This document shows, one piece after another, positions 19,337 to 30,342 of a DNA stretch of 64,000 bases (its first letter is position 1; the number at the start of each line of letters is the position of its first letter). Source of the stretch: an uncultured virus (IMG/VR IMGVR_UViG_3300042870_000870) (Duplodnaviria; Heunggongvirae; Uroviricota; Caudoviricetes); the IMG/VR virus record IMGVR_UViG_3300042870_000870. One strand, written 5' to 3'. The notes beneath the pieces were generated by a model that was not told the origin of the DNA, did not search any database, and saw only the letters and a program-made list of their open reading frames with translations. The position numbers were made by a program, and so were the translations under genes.

Positions 19337-22195
19337 TTAGATATTCTCGAATGAAGCTCCTGTTGGAGTAATTACGAATTCCAAATCAATAAATTCAAGA
19401 GAACGAGTAGGTTTAACGTAAATTTTACCTCTCAAAGTGTTAGCGTCGATGTCTTCAACATCACTTGAAACACTTACTTTAAATTCATAAAGACCTCTTT
19501 CTTTCTTAATTGATTCTAAAATTGGGTTTACCAATCTTAAGAACTCTTGTCTTACTTGTTCGTCGTTTTGTTCGAACAACAATCTAACAGCAACTGCTGA
19601 AATTAACTTTCTTGCTCTTAACAACAATCTTCTTACGTTGATTCTATCAAGTGCAGATTCTCTAACTTGTAACGTTTTGTTACCCCAAATAATTGTACCA
19701 GTATCAGAGAACGTTGCGATTGGATTAATTCTATTTTTGTAAAGTTCGTCTCTTTCATCAAGAGTTAACTTCTTTTTAGCTTTAATTGCATTTACCAAAC
19801 CTCTTGAATAACCCGCAACTGCGAACCAAGGATAAGATACGTTATCAGTTAACGCGATGTTCTTCAACACCTCACCTGTTGGTGGAATGTAAAGTTGAGT
19901 TGCGTTATCTGTATCTCTTACTTGAATCCAAGGCCAATATGTTGCAGAATAGTTAGAGTCAATTCCTAAATCGTCAAGGTAACCTGTAACGGTTGCCGCA
20001 TCATCAACATTTGGTGATGATATGATATAAAGTGAATCGGCTCTTTCATTCTCGATAATATCTATTGCTTGACTTGTTAAAGATGAATGATCGTAGAAGT
20101 TAATACCTGCAGTAGCGAATACGTTAATATCAATTGCCTCAGGATTTGAGTAAGTTTGAATACCTTCTAAATAAGCATAATAATCAGAGTTTCCTATGGT
20201 TGTATTGAACACACCACCATTATCGGTATTAGCTGTATTATATGTTGTTTTACCATAAATAAATTGGTCACCAAGAGTTCTTGTCTCTCTGTATATATCC
20301 CAACCATCAAATCCACCACAAACCGCTAATGTAAATTTACGGAAGTTTATGTTGGTTAATTTATTGTCGGTACCAGATTGACCTTCTAAATCATAAGGTG
20401 TTGTTTGGTATGTTGTTCCTGTTATTGATGATGCGTTTGTTGATAAGTGGAAACCGAATGTACTTGAAGACGCCGCATTTCCTTTATATTTAAACAAGTC
20501 ACTATCAAATTTAAAACCATTTTGAGATGATAAACCTAAAGAGACTTTCTTTACTTTATCTCCGTTAGATAATACTTGAGAACCATCCGATTCGTAGTAA
20601 ACCACGTCACCACCATCAAAAAATTCTGTTTTGTAAAGAACACTACCTAATTTGTTACTTGAAACAAGTAAGGATGTAAATCCTTTGAATCCAGCAGGGA
20701 AAGCGTCCGTAGGTGCATTATCGGCCATATTTAACATGATAAACTTTGAACGTAATTCATATTCACCATCAGAGGTACCAACTTTTCTTGCCACATAACC
20801 TGGAAGGTCAGTATTCATTGAACATCTTGTAAATTTCTCTAATATAATTTGATTTTCATCAGTATCGTTAAAATCACGAACCATAATATCAAATTCGGCA
20901 GTATCTAAATTAATATTTTGAATTGTAACCTTAACTTCAATATTTGCTGCGTCTCCATCAGATATTGTTAATATTGAGAATAAATCTGCAACATTACCAC
21001 CACGAACTTCAGAAACAACTGTAGGTGATGATGGAGTATCCCATGATTGTGCAAAATTATCACTTTCAACGTTTGATGATACATCTAAACTTAAACCTCT
21101 TACGTATCCATTTCTAAATGCTGATAATAATAAGTTAGAATATATTTCATTAACATATAATGGATAATCTTCTTTTACTTTATCAAAAACTTCAGTACCT
21201 AATACTTTATTTATATATTTTGTTGATGAAATATCTAATGAACAATTGAATGTTTTAATTCCTCCCGTAATACCTGTAACATTTAAAGCAAATTCTGCCA
21301 TTGGGTTAGTTGTAACACCACCAACATCGGTTAATGTTACTGCTGTTGTTCCTGTTACTTGTAATACTAAACTTTGTGAAGCGTTATATTCACCTCTTGA
21401 TCTTAAAGAAGCAACAATTACATCACTATAATCTGTGTTAAGTGATGCGCTGTATTTAAATCTTGTTACATCAAATGAAGATGTACTTGTAGAATAAACA
21501 AAAAGATAAGAGTAAACACCATCAATTGTTGAGTCGGCTGACCCTGTTTTAGTAAAGAACGCATTATACCAATTTTTATTAGCATTTTCACCGATTGGTG
21601 ATAAAAGTTTTGTACCTGTTAAACTTGAGGTATCTGAAGTTGGTACATTACCAATAACAAACCAATCGTTATTTGCATACGCCGCACCACTCTTACCTGT
21701 TTTACTTGTTATGTATGTTGTTACAGATGAACCATTGGTTGCCGTTTTACCTGAAAGTTCACCATAAATTGTTGAACCTGTAATAGTTGCGGTTGTTGCT
21801 GATAATGTTATTCCTGTTGTTGATGTAGGTGTAGACACTAAATCCACTGTTACACCACCTAAAGTTTTAATACTATAAGTTTTTCCTGGTTTATATCCTG
21901 TTTTACCAAGTATTCTTGTTACGAATAGTTGATTAGACTCTTGTAAGTATGATTTAGCCATATAAGCTAACTCATATTTAGGGTTATTTGCACCGTCTTT
22001 CTCAGGTGAAGTTGGTCCGAAATACGTTTTGAATTCGTCGAAGTCCCCAACTAAAATAGGTTCGAAAGCAGGACCTTTTAAAGCCTCACCTACTAAACCT
22101 AAAGTTGTAACCCCGACACTTTGTGCTACGAATGTTAGATCCTTCTCAGATGTGTACACACCCGGAGAAACGAATACTCTGTTTGAATTTGCCAT
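19337..22195 (-). CDS. tail sheath protein (gp18-like)
   Basis: VSPGVYTSEKD N-terminus; YSATYWPW, PWFAVAG, RINPIATF, WGNKTLQ, LDRINVRRLL and PTRSLEFI C-terminal motifs. Confidence 0.95.
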   Translation of the reverse strand: MANSNRVFVSPGVYTSEKDLTFVAQSVGVTTLGLVGEALKGPAFEPILVGDFDEFKTYFGPTSPEKDGANNPKYELAYMAKSYLQESNQLFVTRILGKTGYKPGKTYSIKTLGGVTVDLVSTPTSTTGITLSATTATITGSTIYGELSGKTATNGSSVTTYITSKTGKSGAAYANNDWFVIGNVPTSDTSSLTGTKLLSPIGENANKNWYNAFFTKTGSADSTIDGVYSYLFVYSTSTSSFDVTRFKYSASLNTDYSDVIVASLRSRGEYNASQSLVLQVTGTTAVTLTDVGGVTTNPMAEFALNVTGITGGIKTFNCSLDISSTKYINKVLGTEVFDKVKEDYPLYVNEIYSNLLLSAFRNGYVRGLSLDVSSNVESDNFAQSWDTPSSPTVVSEVRGGNVADLFSILTISDGDAANIEVKVTIQNINLDTAEFDIMVRDFNDTDENQIILEKFTRCSMNTDLPGYVARKVGTSDGEYELRSKFIMLNMADNAPTDAFPAGFKGFTSLLVSSNKLGSVLYKTEFFDGGDVVYYESDGSQVLSNGDKVKKVSLGLSSQNGFKFDSDLFKYKGNAASSSTFGFHLSTNASSITGTTYQTTPYDLEGQSGTDNKLTNINFRKFTLAVCGGFDGWDIYRETRTLGDQFIYGKTTYNTANTDNGGVFNTTIGNSDYYAYLEGIQTYSNPEAIDINVFATAGINFYDHSSLTSQAIDIIENERADSLYIISSPNVDDAATVTGYLDDLGIDSNYSATYWPWIQVRDTDNATQLYIPPTGEVLKNIALTDNVSYPWFAVAGYSRGLVNAIKAKKKLTLDERDELYKNRINPIATFSDTGTIIWGNKTLQVRESALDRINVRRLLLRARKLISAVAVRLLFEQNDEQVRQEFLRLVNPILESIKKERGLYEFKVSVSSDVEDIDANTLRGKIYVKPTRSLEFIDLEFVITPTGASFENI

Positions 22196-22322
22196 CGATT
22201 GTTGTTTGGTTAATTATTTTTATTAGTTATTCTATAAATATCTTTGTTTTTACCAAAGATTTCCGTACTTTTGTTTAAAAAGATAGTAAATTATCCTTTT
22301 CTATCTTAAATTATCTTTCATC

Positions 22323-22481
22323 ATGGAAAACAAACAGAAAAACGTAAAAATTAGTGAAAAACACCACGAGATGTTAAAAAACCATTGTGAAAAGAACGGA
22401 TTAAAAATTTATAAGGTTTTAGAAAAATATATTGACGAAGTTTGTAAACCAAAAAAGAAGGACATCTATGGTGACGATTAA
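22323..22481 (+). CDS. unannotated small ribbon-helix-helix-like DNA-binding protein
   Basis: 52 aa MENKQKNVKISEKHHEMLKNHCEKNGLKIYKVLEKYIDEVC...; strand-helix-G-helix pattern; TATCTTTC promoter-like element 3 nt upstream. Confidence 0.65.
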   Translation: MENKQKNVKISEKHHEMLKNHCEKNGLKIYKVLEKYIDEVCKPKKKDIYGDD

Positions 22482-23713
22482 TATAGGTAAGTCACACCAA
22501 TTCTAGAACCAACAACGGGTGTACCTAATAAAACAATATCTTGTGAACCTGAAACATCAAATCCAGAACCTTCCTCTTCTTGTAGACCATTTATATCTAA
22601 ACTGACAATACTACTAATATTGTTATATGTGTGAAAAGTTAATGTACTACCATCATATTGGAAATACTCCGTAGTAACTTGTATTAATTTACCATAATTA
22701 TCTATAATAACATTGTTTCTACCCTTATAGTACGAAATAACTATAGTACTACCTTCAAAAGGTGGTTGTACAAATGATATTTTAGATGTATATGAAATGT
22801 GGAAAAAATCGGCGTTTTTCTCTTGTAATAGACCATTAATTGTAACACTAAACAATGTACCAATACTTTCACCAACACTAAATTGAGTTTGCATCCCGTC
22901 TCCAGTAAATGACATCACGGTTATATCAATAACCTTACTAACGTATTTTTTCCTACCTACACCCTCTTTTGCAAATTCATTCATTAAAAAGAAACGATTA
23001 ATTGCGGGTTTTACCTCAAATTCATCAGAATCAATAAGGAAACCTAACATAGTAAATGTGTAGTTTTGAATGTAAAATCTCCTACCCTCCAACGTATCCA
23101 TGGGAGTGTTATCTTCAATTTTATCTAATATAAGTGGAATGTAATGTCCCTTAACTTGAGTATAATCTTGTCTTGATGAAAAATTTTGTAATACTATTTT
23201 ACTAAATTTATTAACATCTCTAAATTTATTACAAACAATCGTAACGTCATATGTTATATCAACAGGTACGGGTTGTGGTATTTTATATATATCCGCACCC
23301 ATAGTGGTTCCGTTCCAAGTCGGTACGGAGGAGTAGTAAAATTGATGTCTATCGGGTATTGTTCTCTGAACCGATGGATTTGTTCCCGGTTGAACGTCGG
23401 GTTTTCTTACAATTGCAACAAATGGTAATTCAATATTTCCGTCGTCGTTTGTAAATGTCCACGTTTGTGTAAATTCACCCCACCTTTGAACTGTTAATAT
23501 TTTATCAATAATTGGTATCTTATTACCATCGGACACAATTTGAAAATTTTTAGTTACGTAATCTAAAAATCCTTTATCTAAATCATCATGTAATATAGAG
23601 TCGGGAAGATATGTGTCAGATTTAGTAATTTTATCTAACAATTCTTGTCTTCTTTCAGTCAGTTCTTTTTCTGTGTAAACAGATATATTGTTTTTTCTTT
23701 TAGGTATTCCCAT
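22478..23713 (-). CDS. tail terminator/completion protein (gp15-like) with C-terminal beta repeats
   Basis: LPFVAIVR and PQPVPVDITYDV motifs; two FxxDGxxxxF...INGL.E repeats; beside neck gene. Confidence 0.6.
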   Translation of the reverse strand: MGIPKRKNNISVYTEKELTERRQELLDKITKSDTYLPDSILHDDLDKGFLDYVTKNFQIVSDGNKIPIIDKILTVQRWGEFTQTWTFTNDDGNIELPFVAIVRKPDVQPGTNPSVQRTIPDRHQFYYSSVPTWNGTTMGADIYKIPQPVPVDITYDVTIVCNKFRDVNKFSKIVLQNFSSRQDYTQVKGHYIPLILDKIEDNTPMDTLEGRRFYIQNYTFTMLGFLIDSDEFEVKPAINRFFLMNEFAKEGVGRKKYVSKVIDITVMSFTGDGMQTQFSVGESIGTLFSVTINGLLQEKNADFFHISYTSKISFVQPPFEGSTIVISYYKGRNNVIIDNYGKLIQVTTEYFQYDGSTLTFHTYNNISSIVSLDINGLQEEEGSGFDVSGSQDIVLLGTPVVGSRIGVTYLY

Positions 23714-23714
23714 T

Positions 23715-24227
23715 TTATACTCCTCTAAATTGACTATCTTGTACTGGTGAACAAGTTATTGATTTATAATATGGTTTAAATCCAAACATATTATGTTTAT
23801 TGTCCGAAGTTATTTTACCATCATTTACCACTTGATAAAATCTAACTTTTAATTCAGATTCGGGATAACCAATATAATCACCATATCTTATATCTATTTT
23901 CATTTCTTCTAAATGTTTAATATAAACAGATAAAATCATATTTCCCGGCTCAAGGTGCCTCAAAGTCCCATTTTTATATGAACTATTTTTTGGTTCCTCA
24001 ATTTTAACCAATGCATTAAATTCAACAGGTGGAAAGAATTTTGTTTGGTCTATACCAACCTCAACATACACGTCATCAATTTGAGTCTTTTCTCTATCTA
24101 CCCTATATAGAACTAATTTCATATTTAAATCCCCGTGAAGATATTCTTGACCCATTTGAATATTGAGGTCAAAATCATCTTGAGATAAGAATTTAGATAA
24201 TCTGGTAATAGGTAACTTATTTTCCAT
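23715..24227 (-). CDS. neck/head-closure protein (gp14-like)
   Basis: LYRVD...DDVY.E and IRYGDYI...FYQV pattern; late motif upstream. Confidence 0.55.
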   Translation of the reverse strand: MENKLPITRLSKFLSQDDFDLNIQMGQEYLHGDLNMKLVLYRVDREKTQIDDVYVEVGIDQTKFFPPVEFNALVKIEEPKNSSYKNGTLRHLEPGNMILSVYIKHLEEMKIDIRYGDYIGYPESELKVRFYQVVNDGKITSDNKHNMFGFKPYYKSITCSPVQDSQFRGV

Positions 24228-24275
24228 ATCCTAATAAATAGTTTAATGTTACATTCTATTTACTTATATTTTAAT

Positions 24276-26027
24276 ATGGAAACTAAGATTCCCGAAATAG
24301 AGGCAAGAAACATTTTATTAACCTACGAAGGTTCAAACAACCAATTATTAGATTGGAAGAGAAAATTTGTTGAGGTAAAAAACTTCAAACTAACCCGTCC
24401 ACAGGCGGAATATGTTCAAAAGTATTATAATGTGTCCCCAAAGGTAGCAAGAAAATATATTAACATCGTTAATTCTTTTGGTGAAAAGATAATGGAAGAA
24501 AGGTTATTACCTAAACCTCCTGAAAAAATATGGTGTGAAAAATTATTATGTGATTCTGAAAAAGCGTTTCATATATGGGGTAAAGTATTAGATAATGACC
24601 AATTATCTGCAATGTGGTTACCGAAAGCCGCAGTGATGCAAGAAGAGAAAAAACTTAATCGAATTATTGATTATAGTAATTACGATACAAGACCTCCCAT
24701 GGAACACCAGAAGGTTGCCATTGAGAAGTTATTAGCAAACGATAAGTTTATACTTGCCGATGATATGGGTCTTGGTAAAACGACCTCAGCGGTTATTGCA
24801 TCTATGGAAAGCGGAGCTAAGAAAGTTCTTATTGTTTGCCCCGCATCTTTAAAGATAAATTGGGATAGAGAAATTAAAAACTATTCTAACAGAAAAGTGT
24901 TAATTGTTGAGGGTCGTAAATGGGGTTCTACATTTGACTATTATATTATAAACTATGATATTATTAAAAATTACCACTCAACAGATAAGTCTGAAGATAG
25001 TGACGACTATAAATTATTGGTTAATGCCGGTTTTGATTTGGCAATCGTAGATGAGGCACATTATATTTCAAATGCAACGGCAAATAGAACTCGTTTATTA
25101 AATGATGTACTTGAACAAATCCCAAAAGTTTGGTTACTAACGGGTACACCAATGACATCAAGACCTATTAACTATTTTAACTTATTAAAAATTGTTGAAT
25201 CCCCATTGACATTAAATTGGCAATCTTATGTTCGTAGATATTGTAAAGGATATCAATTCAACGTTGGTAATCGTAAAGTGTGGAATACAAGTGGTGCAAG
25301 TAATTTAGATGAGTTAAGAGAAAGAACTAAGAATATAGTACTTCGTAGAATGAAAACCGACATTCTTGATTTACCCGAAAAAATTGTTACTCCTGTTTTT
25401 GTTGAGTTAACAAGTAAAATGTACGATGAGGAATTAGAAGAATTCACACGTATTAGTAATGATAAGAAAGATGATGAAACAATCACCGTTACATTAAATC
25501 GTTTAATGAGGATTAGACAACTTATTGCATATGAAAAAATTCCTTACACTTGTGAATTAATTGATAAGTGTTTAGAACAAGGAAAGAAAGTAATTGTATT
25601 CACTAATTTTACAATGTCATTAGATATGTTACATGAGAAATATAAAAAGAACTCCGTAACTCTTGATGGTCGTATGAATAAAGATAAACGACAAGAAAAT
25701 GTTGATAGATTTCAAAATGAAGATAAAATAAAAGTATTCATTGGTAACATTAAAGCGGCTGGAGTTGGTATTACGTTAACAGCTGCTGAGGTTGTTATTA
25801 TGAACGACTTATCATTTGTACCGGCCGACCATTCACAAGGTGAAGACCGAGCATATAGATATGGACAAAAAAATAGTGTTCTTGTTTATTACCCCGTATT
25901 TGAGAACACCGTTGAAAAAATCATCTATAATATTCTACAAAGGAAAAAAGGAGTAATTGACCAAGTTATGGGTGATGGTGAATATTCAGAATCTTTTAGT
26001 AAAGACTTACTTAAACAACTCCTTTAA
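24276..26027 (+). CDS. SNF2-family (SMARCAL1/HARP-like) helicase
   Basis: ILADDMGLGKT, DEAH, LTGTP, LRRMK, GVGITLT and QGEDRAYRYGQ; start trimmed to METK. Confidence 0.92.
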   Translation: METKIPEIEARNILLTYEGSNNQLLDWKRKFVEVKNFKLTRPQAEYVQKYYNVSPKVARKYINIVNSFGEKIMEERLLPKPPEKIWCEKLLCDSEKAFHIWGKVLDNDQLSAMWLPKAAVMQEEKKLNRIIDYSNYDTRPPMEHQKVAIEKLLANDKFILADDMGLGKTTSAVIASMESGAKKVLIVCPASLKINWDREIKNYSNRKVLIVEGRKWGSTFDYYIINYDIIKNYHSTDKSEDSDDYKLLVNAGFDLAIVDEAHYISNATANRTRLLNDVLEQIPKVWLLTGTPMTSRPINYFNLLKIVESPLTLNWQSYVRRYCKGYQFNVGNRKVWNTSGASNLDELRERTKNIVLRRMKTDILDLPEKIVTPVFVELTSKMYDEELEEFTRISNDKKDDETITVTLNRLMRIRQLIAYEKIPYTCELIDKCLEQGKKVIVFTNFTMSLDMLHEKYKKNSVTLDGRMNKDKRQENVDRFQNEDKIKVFIGNIKAAGVGITLTAAEVVIMNDLSFVPADHSQGEDRAYRYGQKNSVLVYYPVFENTVEKIIYNILQRKKGVIDQVMGDGEYSESFSKDLLKQLL

Positions 26028-26213
26028 CTCCTCAATTTTTGAGGTTAGTAAATCGTTAAGTTCTTTATCTTCCACATTCGGAAGGTTAACCACAATTTTT
26101 TTTTCGGGTTCTACCGAATAATCGATATAATTTTTATCACCTTCTTTTTGGTATGTGAATATGAAATCATTAATACCACAAATTCTAAATAGTTCGTTTA
26201 ATTTATCGTTCAT
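26007..26213 (-). CDS. small hypothetical protein
   Basis: 68 aa; TATATTTA element 4 nt upstream. Confidence 0.55.
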   Translation of the reverse strand: MNDKLNELFRICGINDFIFTYQKEGDKNYIDYSVEPEKKIVVNLPNVEDKELNDLLTSKIEELKELFK

Positions 26214-26251
26214 AACTTAAATATAAACTATTTATAAGAATAAAACAAAAT

Positions 26252-27361
26252 ATGGCGACTATTATTTCACAACCCGAAAAGGACAAATTATATACTCAGG
26301 TATTTCACCTATTAGGTATGCCTGTTCGTGGTATTGAGCTTACTGAAGAACAAATGGACACGTTCCTTGAACTTTCATTATCAGAATATGAACAATATGT
26401 ATCTGATTGGTTAATAGAATCTCAATGGTCGGCATTGGCTGGATTAGACGTAGATACACAATCTTTAACTAACGCCTTTACAACTCGAAGTTTAGATTAC
26501 GAAACTCAATATAGTCACTCATATTCTAAAATTGTGGGTTTACAGGCAGGTGGTGATAGTGAACTTAAGAAAGATTTCATAACATTAACAGGTGGAACAC
26601 AAATGTACGAAGTACCTGCTGGACGTGAAATAAATGAACTATTATGGTTTACAAGATCAGAAATGACGGATACAATTGTTGACCCGTTTGCTGCTGGATT
26701 TGGTGGATTAGGTGGTGTCGGGTTTGGTGGTTTTGCACAAATGGGTGCGTCAGGTGGTTCATATTTTATGATGCCGGCGTTTGATTTATTATTAAGAATG
26801 CAAGATAGAAGTCTTAAAAATAGATTAATTGGTGGTGACTTAACATACAGAATAACTGCAGGTCCTGATGGAAAAAAATATATTCATCTTTATAATGTAC
26901 CTGGCGGTAGATTTGACTTTGGTGCAGTTTATAAAAATAACTATCAAGTTTGGTATTGGTACTATGATACCATGGATAGAGACACTTGTTTAGATAAAAA
27001 CAAAGACGTTATTAAGTTACCTTCAGACGTTATGACTGAAGAATTAACGTGGGATAAATTAAATAAACCTTCTCAGAATTGGATTAGAAAATATCTAATC
27101 GGTTATTCTAAAGAAGGTTTAGGTAGAATTTGGAGTAAATTTTCTGGAGACTTACAAGTTCCAGATAGTTCGGTTAAATTAGATTATAGTTCTTTACTTA
27201 CCGAAGGTAAAGATGAAAGATTAAAGTTGGTTGAAGAATTAATGGCTCGATTAGAAAGACTCCGTCCCGATAAAATTCTTGAGAGAAAAGGTGCTGAGGC
27301 TGAAAATTTAAATAAAGCACTTAAGTTCAGACCAATGCAGTCTCCATACAATATCATTTAA
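26252..27361 (+). CDS. neck/head-tail adaptor protein (gp13-like)
   Basis: LGMPVRGIELTEEQ N-terminus; WIRKY...KEGLGRIWSKF...LL.EG C-terminus. Confidence 0.75.
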   Translation: MATIISQPEKDKLYTQVFHLLGMPVRGIELTEEQMDTFLELSLSEYEQYVSDWLIESQWSALAGLDVDTQSLTNAFTTRSLDYETQYSHSYSKIVGLQAGGDSELKKDFITLTGGTQMYEVPAGREINELLWFTRSEMTDTIVDPFAAGFGGLGGVGFGGFAQMGASGGSYFMMPAFDLLLRMQDRSLKNRLIGGDLTYRITAGPDGKKYIHLYNVPGGRFDFGAVYKNNYQVWYWYYDTMDRDTCLDKNKDVIKLPSDVMTEELTWDKLNKPSQNWIRKYLIGYSKEGLGRIWSKFSGDLQVPDSSVKLDYSSLLTEGKDERLKLVEELMARLERLRPDKILERKGAEAENLNKALKFRPMQSPYNII

Positions 27362-30255
27362 CTTTCGGTTACGTGTAAAATTAAATCACCATTATCGTTA
27401 CCGATAATTTCGTCTTCATTACTTACAGTACTTGCAGCTTGTAATTGTAGAACCTTTCTGTTGTGGTCAACCCAATATTGGTCAACAAGTTCAAGACTAT
27501 TTTCAACATACATAAAGAATGGGTCACGACCAACCTTATTCCAAAATACAACCTCACTATCGGAAAGAGTCATAACCTCGTCAAATTTATCTTGACCACT
27601 TTCCTTCAATGGATAACCATTAACTAACTCACATTGATTTCTTGTAAAGTATTGTCTATCTTTTGGATCCTCAATTAAAATATCTTCTCTAATCTCAGGT
27701 TTAAATGCAACTAATAGAGGTTCAACACGTTTATTAAAATTGTTTAAATAACGAGCAACATTATAATCACCTAATAAGTTTGGATTATCTGTAATTTCTT
27801 TTTCAGGAATCATATAACAACTCACCTCAATATAACCATCAGGCATTGGGTATCCATGTTTCGCGGTAAACTCTTCTTGTTGTTTCTTTGTTGGTTTAGT
27901 TACCTTCTGTACATCACCCGATGATTTCTTAGTTCCATTATTAACATAGAAAATTGTATCACCTAAACCTGCGGGATAATCATTCTGTAAAATTAATTCC
28001 ATGTGCGCTTGTCTAGACATTAGTGAACCAGACTTTGTAGTTTTCTGAATGTGTTTTTTATAATCACTAACTGATTGTTTAACACGAGCCTTGTTTGCAA
28101 TTTTAGCTAATGGAATTTCTTTATTATAAATCTTATCCACATAATTGTAGTATAGTTCTACAAAAGAATGACCATCACCATTTAACAAATACTTTAAACC
28201 TTCATCTAAGAACTCAACAACATATGTTTGTAATTTTTTAGACTTAATAGTGTTACCCGTTAATTTAATTTTCTCTTTACCTTTCTTAATTAACTTAATG
28301 ATATAATTTTTACGTGAAACATTAATACAAGCAGGTGCAGTATAATCAATATCAAGACCCATTTCATTTCTCATAAAAATATCATTAAATTCCGCAGTGT
28401 GAGCTTCAATACCTTTATATTCTTTACCTTCCTTAACAAGTTCATTAAGACCCTTACCAATATACACAGCTTCTAATGCACTATCGGGTGTTTCAAAGTT
28501 TACACCATCAGTATCCATTACAAGAGGTTTATAACCTTTCTGCATATAGAACATAATCATCATACGAAGACATTGACGACCAATACAGGTAATCGTTTCA
28601 CCTGAATCCATTTCACCCCACGGGAATACATGTGGTGCAGATAATGAACCAAAATATGCGTTAATAAAAATCTTAATCGGTAATTGTTTACGATCATACA
28701 TTTCTGAAGCAACGGGATCACTATCTTTTAATTCACCGGCAAGATGTTTATATTTGATACGAATATTTCTAAAGTATTTTAACATTGATTTTTGCACACC
28801 CATAACATCACAATCAGGGAACACATCATATACTAATTGAATTGATGGATATAGTGATGAGTAGTCAAACTTTACAATATTCTTTGCAAACCCCACATTT
28901 AATAAACGTGATAATCCACCAGTAAATGGTCTTTTCTCATCCTTAGCGGGTATTGCTAAATTATTTTCATATGACCACGCCAACATGATAATTTTCCATA
29001 ATGTGGCGGTTCCCATTGTGGCAATTCTTTCATACGTTGTTGGTACTAATTTAGAAAGTAAAAATGTTGATTGTGAAAATGAATCATCAACAACCATTGT
29101 CTCATACAAGTCATCGTCAAGATATTGTTCTACAATTTTTCTACCTGGCCATATTTCAAACTTACCGGGGAACCTCTCCATTAATCTATCGGTACCTGTA
29201 TCACCAATCTTTTTGTAACCACCTGTCTTAGGGTTTACGTAATAACTTTCATTATCTAAATAAATTTTAGATATTTGATTACCCTCAACATACACACGAT
29301 TCGGTTTTTCTTTCTCCAAATATGTTGTGATATATTTCAATCCCCACGATTTAATTTCGGAGTTAATCGCCTGAGCTCTACGAACAGAGTGTGCAATATC
29401 AATAATATTAAAACCCCAAATAACGTGCTGAGTGTAATCCTCAATTTCATTTGCAAGTTTTAACATTCCCTTTTTTTCTTTCATTCCTGTACTTGTGAAT
29501 ATTTGAGTTAACCCATTAATATCAACACCAAGAATTTGTGCACGTTTTAAAATAAACGGCCAGTCAAAGAAAGCGGAGTTATAACCAGCAACAATCGTTG
29601 GTTTTAAATCTTTAATATATTGTAAAAATCTCTCAATACATTTCTTTTCACCATCTTCACCAAATGCGGGAATTGTTTCTTGTAGACCACGATTATCCTT
29701 AACCCCAATCAAAATGATTTTACAAGTTTCAGGATCTAAACCCGTGGTCTCAATATCAAATACAAATCGATAAACATCACCATAATCTTCTATTCCCTTA
29801 AACAATCGTTTTCTTGTTTGAACAAGATATTGTTCAACAGGAGATAAAATGGTAAAATGTTTTCTTACTTCTTCTCCCCATGGGTCAAGTCCACCAGTTT
29901 TAAAAAAATTGATTAAATCGGTGTAACTCTTAATACTTTTAACTAAGAATTTCATACCACCCTCCAAACGACTATTACCATGAGTTTCTAACTTTTCAAT
30001 GATAATCCCGTACTTACCCATCATTTGTTTTTGAGTTGATTTGGAGTTACCATAAAAATTAAGATTAGATAAGTCTCCGACCCATAAAAATGGTACGAAC
30101 GAATCTGTTTTAACAATTTTACCCTTTATTGGGTCCTGAATAATTTTGGATATTGAGTTGGAGGGATAGTCATATTCGACACCTACGATGTATTTCTCAT
30201 CGTCTCCCCCATTTAGAAAGTTTTCGATAACTTCCTGAGAGATAACTTCTTTCAT
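27358..30255 (-). CDS. family B DNA polymerase
   Basis: ExoI FDIETTG, ExoII GYNSAFFDWP, region II DYSSLYPS, region III KIFINAYFG, region I MDTDG. Confidence 0.95.
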   Translation of the reverse strand: MKEVISQEVIENFLNGGDDEKYIVGVEYDYPSNSISKIIQDPIKGKIVKTDSFVPFLWVGDLSNLNFYGNSKSTQKQMMGKYGIIIEKLETHGNSRLEGGMKFLVKSIKSYTDLINFFKTGGLDPWGEEVRKHFTILSPVEQYLVQTRKRLFKGIEDYGDVYRFVFDIETTGLDPETCKIILIGVKDNRGLQETIPAFGEDGEKKCIERFLQYIKDLKPTIVAGYNSAFFDWPFILKRAQILGVDINGLTQIFTSTGMKEKKGMLKLANEIEDYTQHVIWGFNIIDIAHSVRRAQAINSEIKSWGLKYITTYLEKEKPNRVYVEGNQISKIYLDNESYYVNPKTGGYKKIGDTGTDRLMERFPGKFEIWPGRKIVEQYLDDDLYETMVVDDSFSQSTFLLSKLVPTTYERIATMGTATLWKIIMLAWSYENNLAIPAKDEKRPFTGGLSRLLNVGFAKNIVKFDYSSLYPSIQLVYDVFPDCDVMGVQKSMLKYFRNIRIKYKHLAGELKDSDPVASEMYDRKQLPIKIFINAYFGSLSAPHVFPWGEMDSGETITCIGRQCLRMMIMFYMQKGYKPLVMDTDGVNFETPDSALEAVYIGKGLNELVKEGKEYKGIEAHTAEFNDIFMRNEMGLDIDYTAPACINVSRKNYIIKLIKKGKEKIKLTGNTIKSKKLQTYVVEFLDEGLKYLLNGDGHSFVELYYNYVDKIYNKEIPLAKIANKARVKQSVSDYKKHIQKTTKSGSLMSRQAHMELILQNDYPAGLGDTIFYVNNGTKKSSGDVQKVTKPTKKQQEEFTAKHGYPMPDGYIEVSCYMIPEKEITDNPNLLGDYNVARYLNNFNKRVEPLLVAFKPEIREDILIEDPKDRQYFTRNQCELVNGYPLKESGQDKFDEVMTLSDSEVVFWNKVGRDPFFMYVENSLELVDQYWVDHNRKVLQLQAASTVSNEDEIIGNDNGDLILHVTES

Positions 30256-30318
30256 GTTTTATATTTTTTAAATGTGACGTATTAGCTTACCATTAAATGG
30301 TAGTTTGTCTTAACATTA

Positions 30319-30326
30319 CAAATATA
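30319..30326 (-). promoter_or_regulatory. Bacteroidota-type -7 promoter element (TATATTTG) for the DNA polymerase gene
   Basis: matches TAnnTTTG; identical element before 51069 and before bS21. Confidence 0.55.
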
Positions 30327-30342
30327 AACAAAAAGTCTTAAT

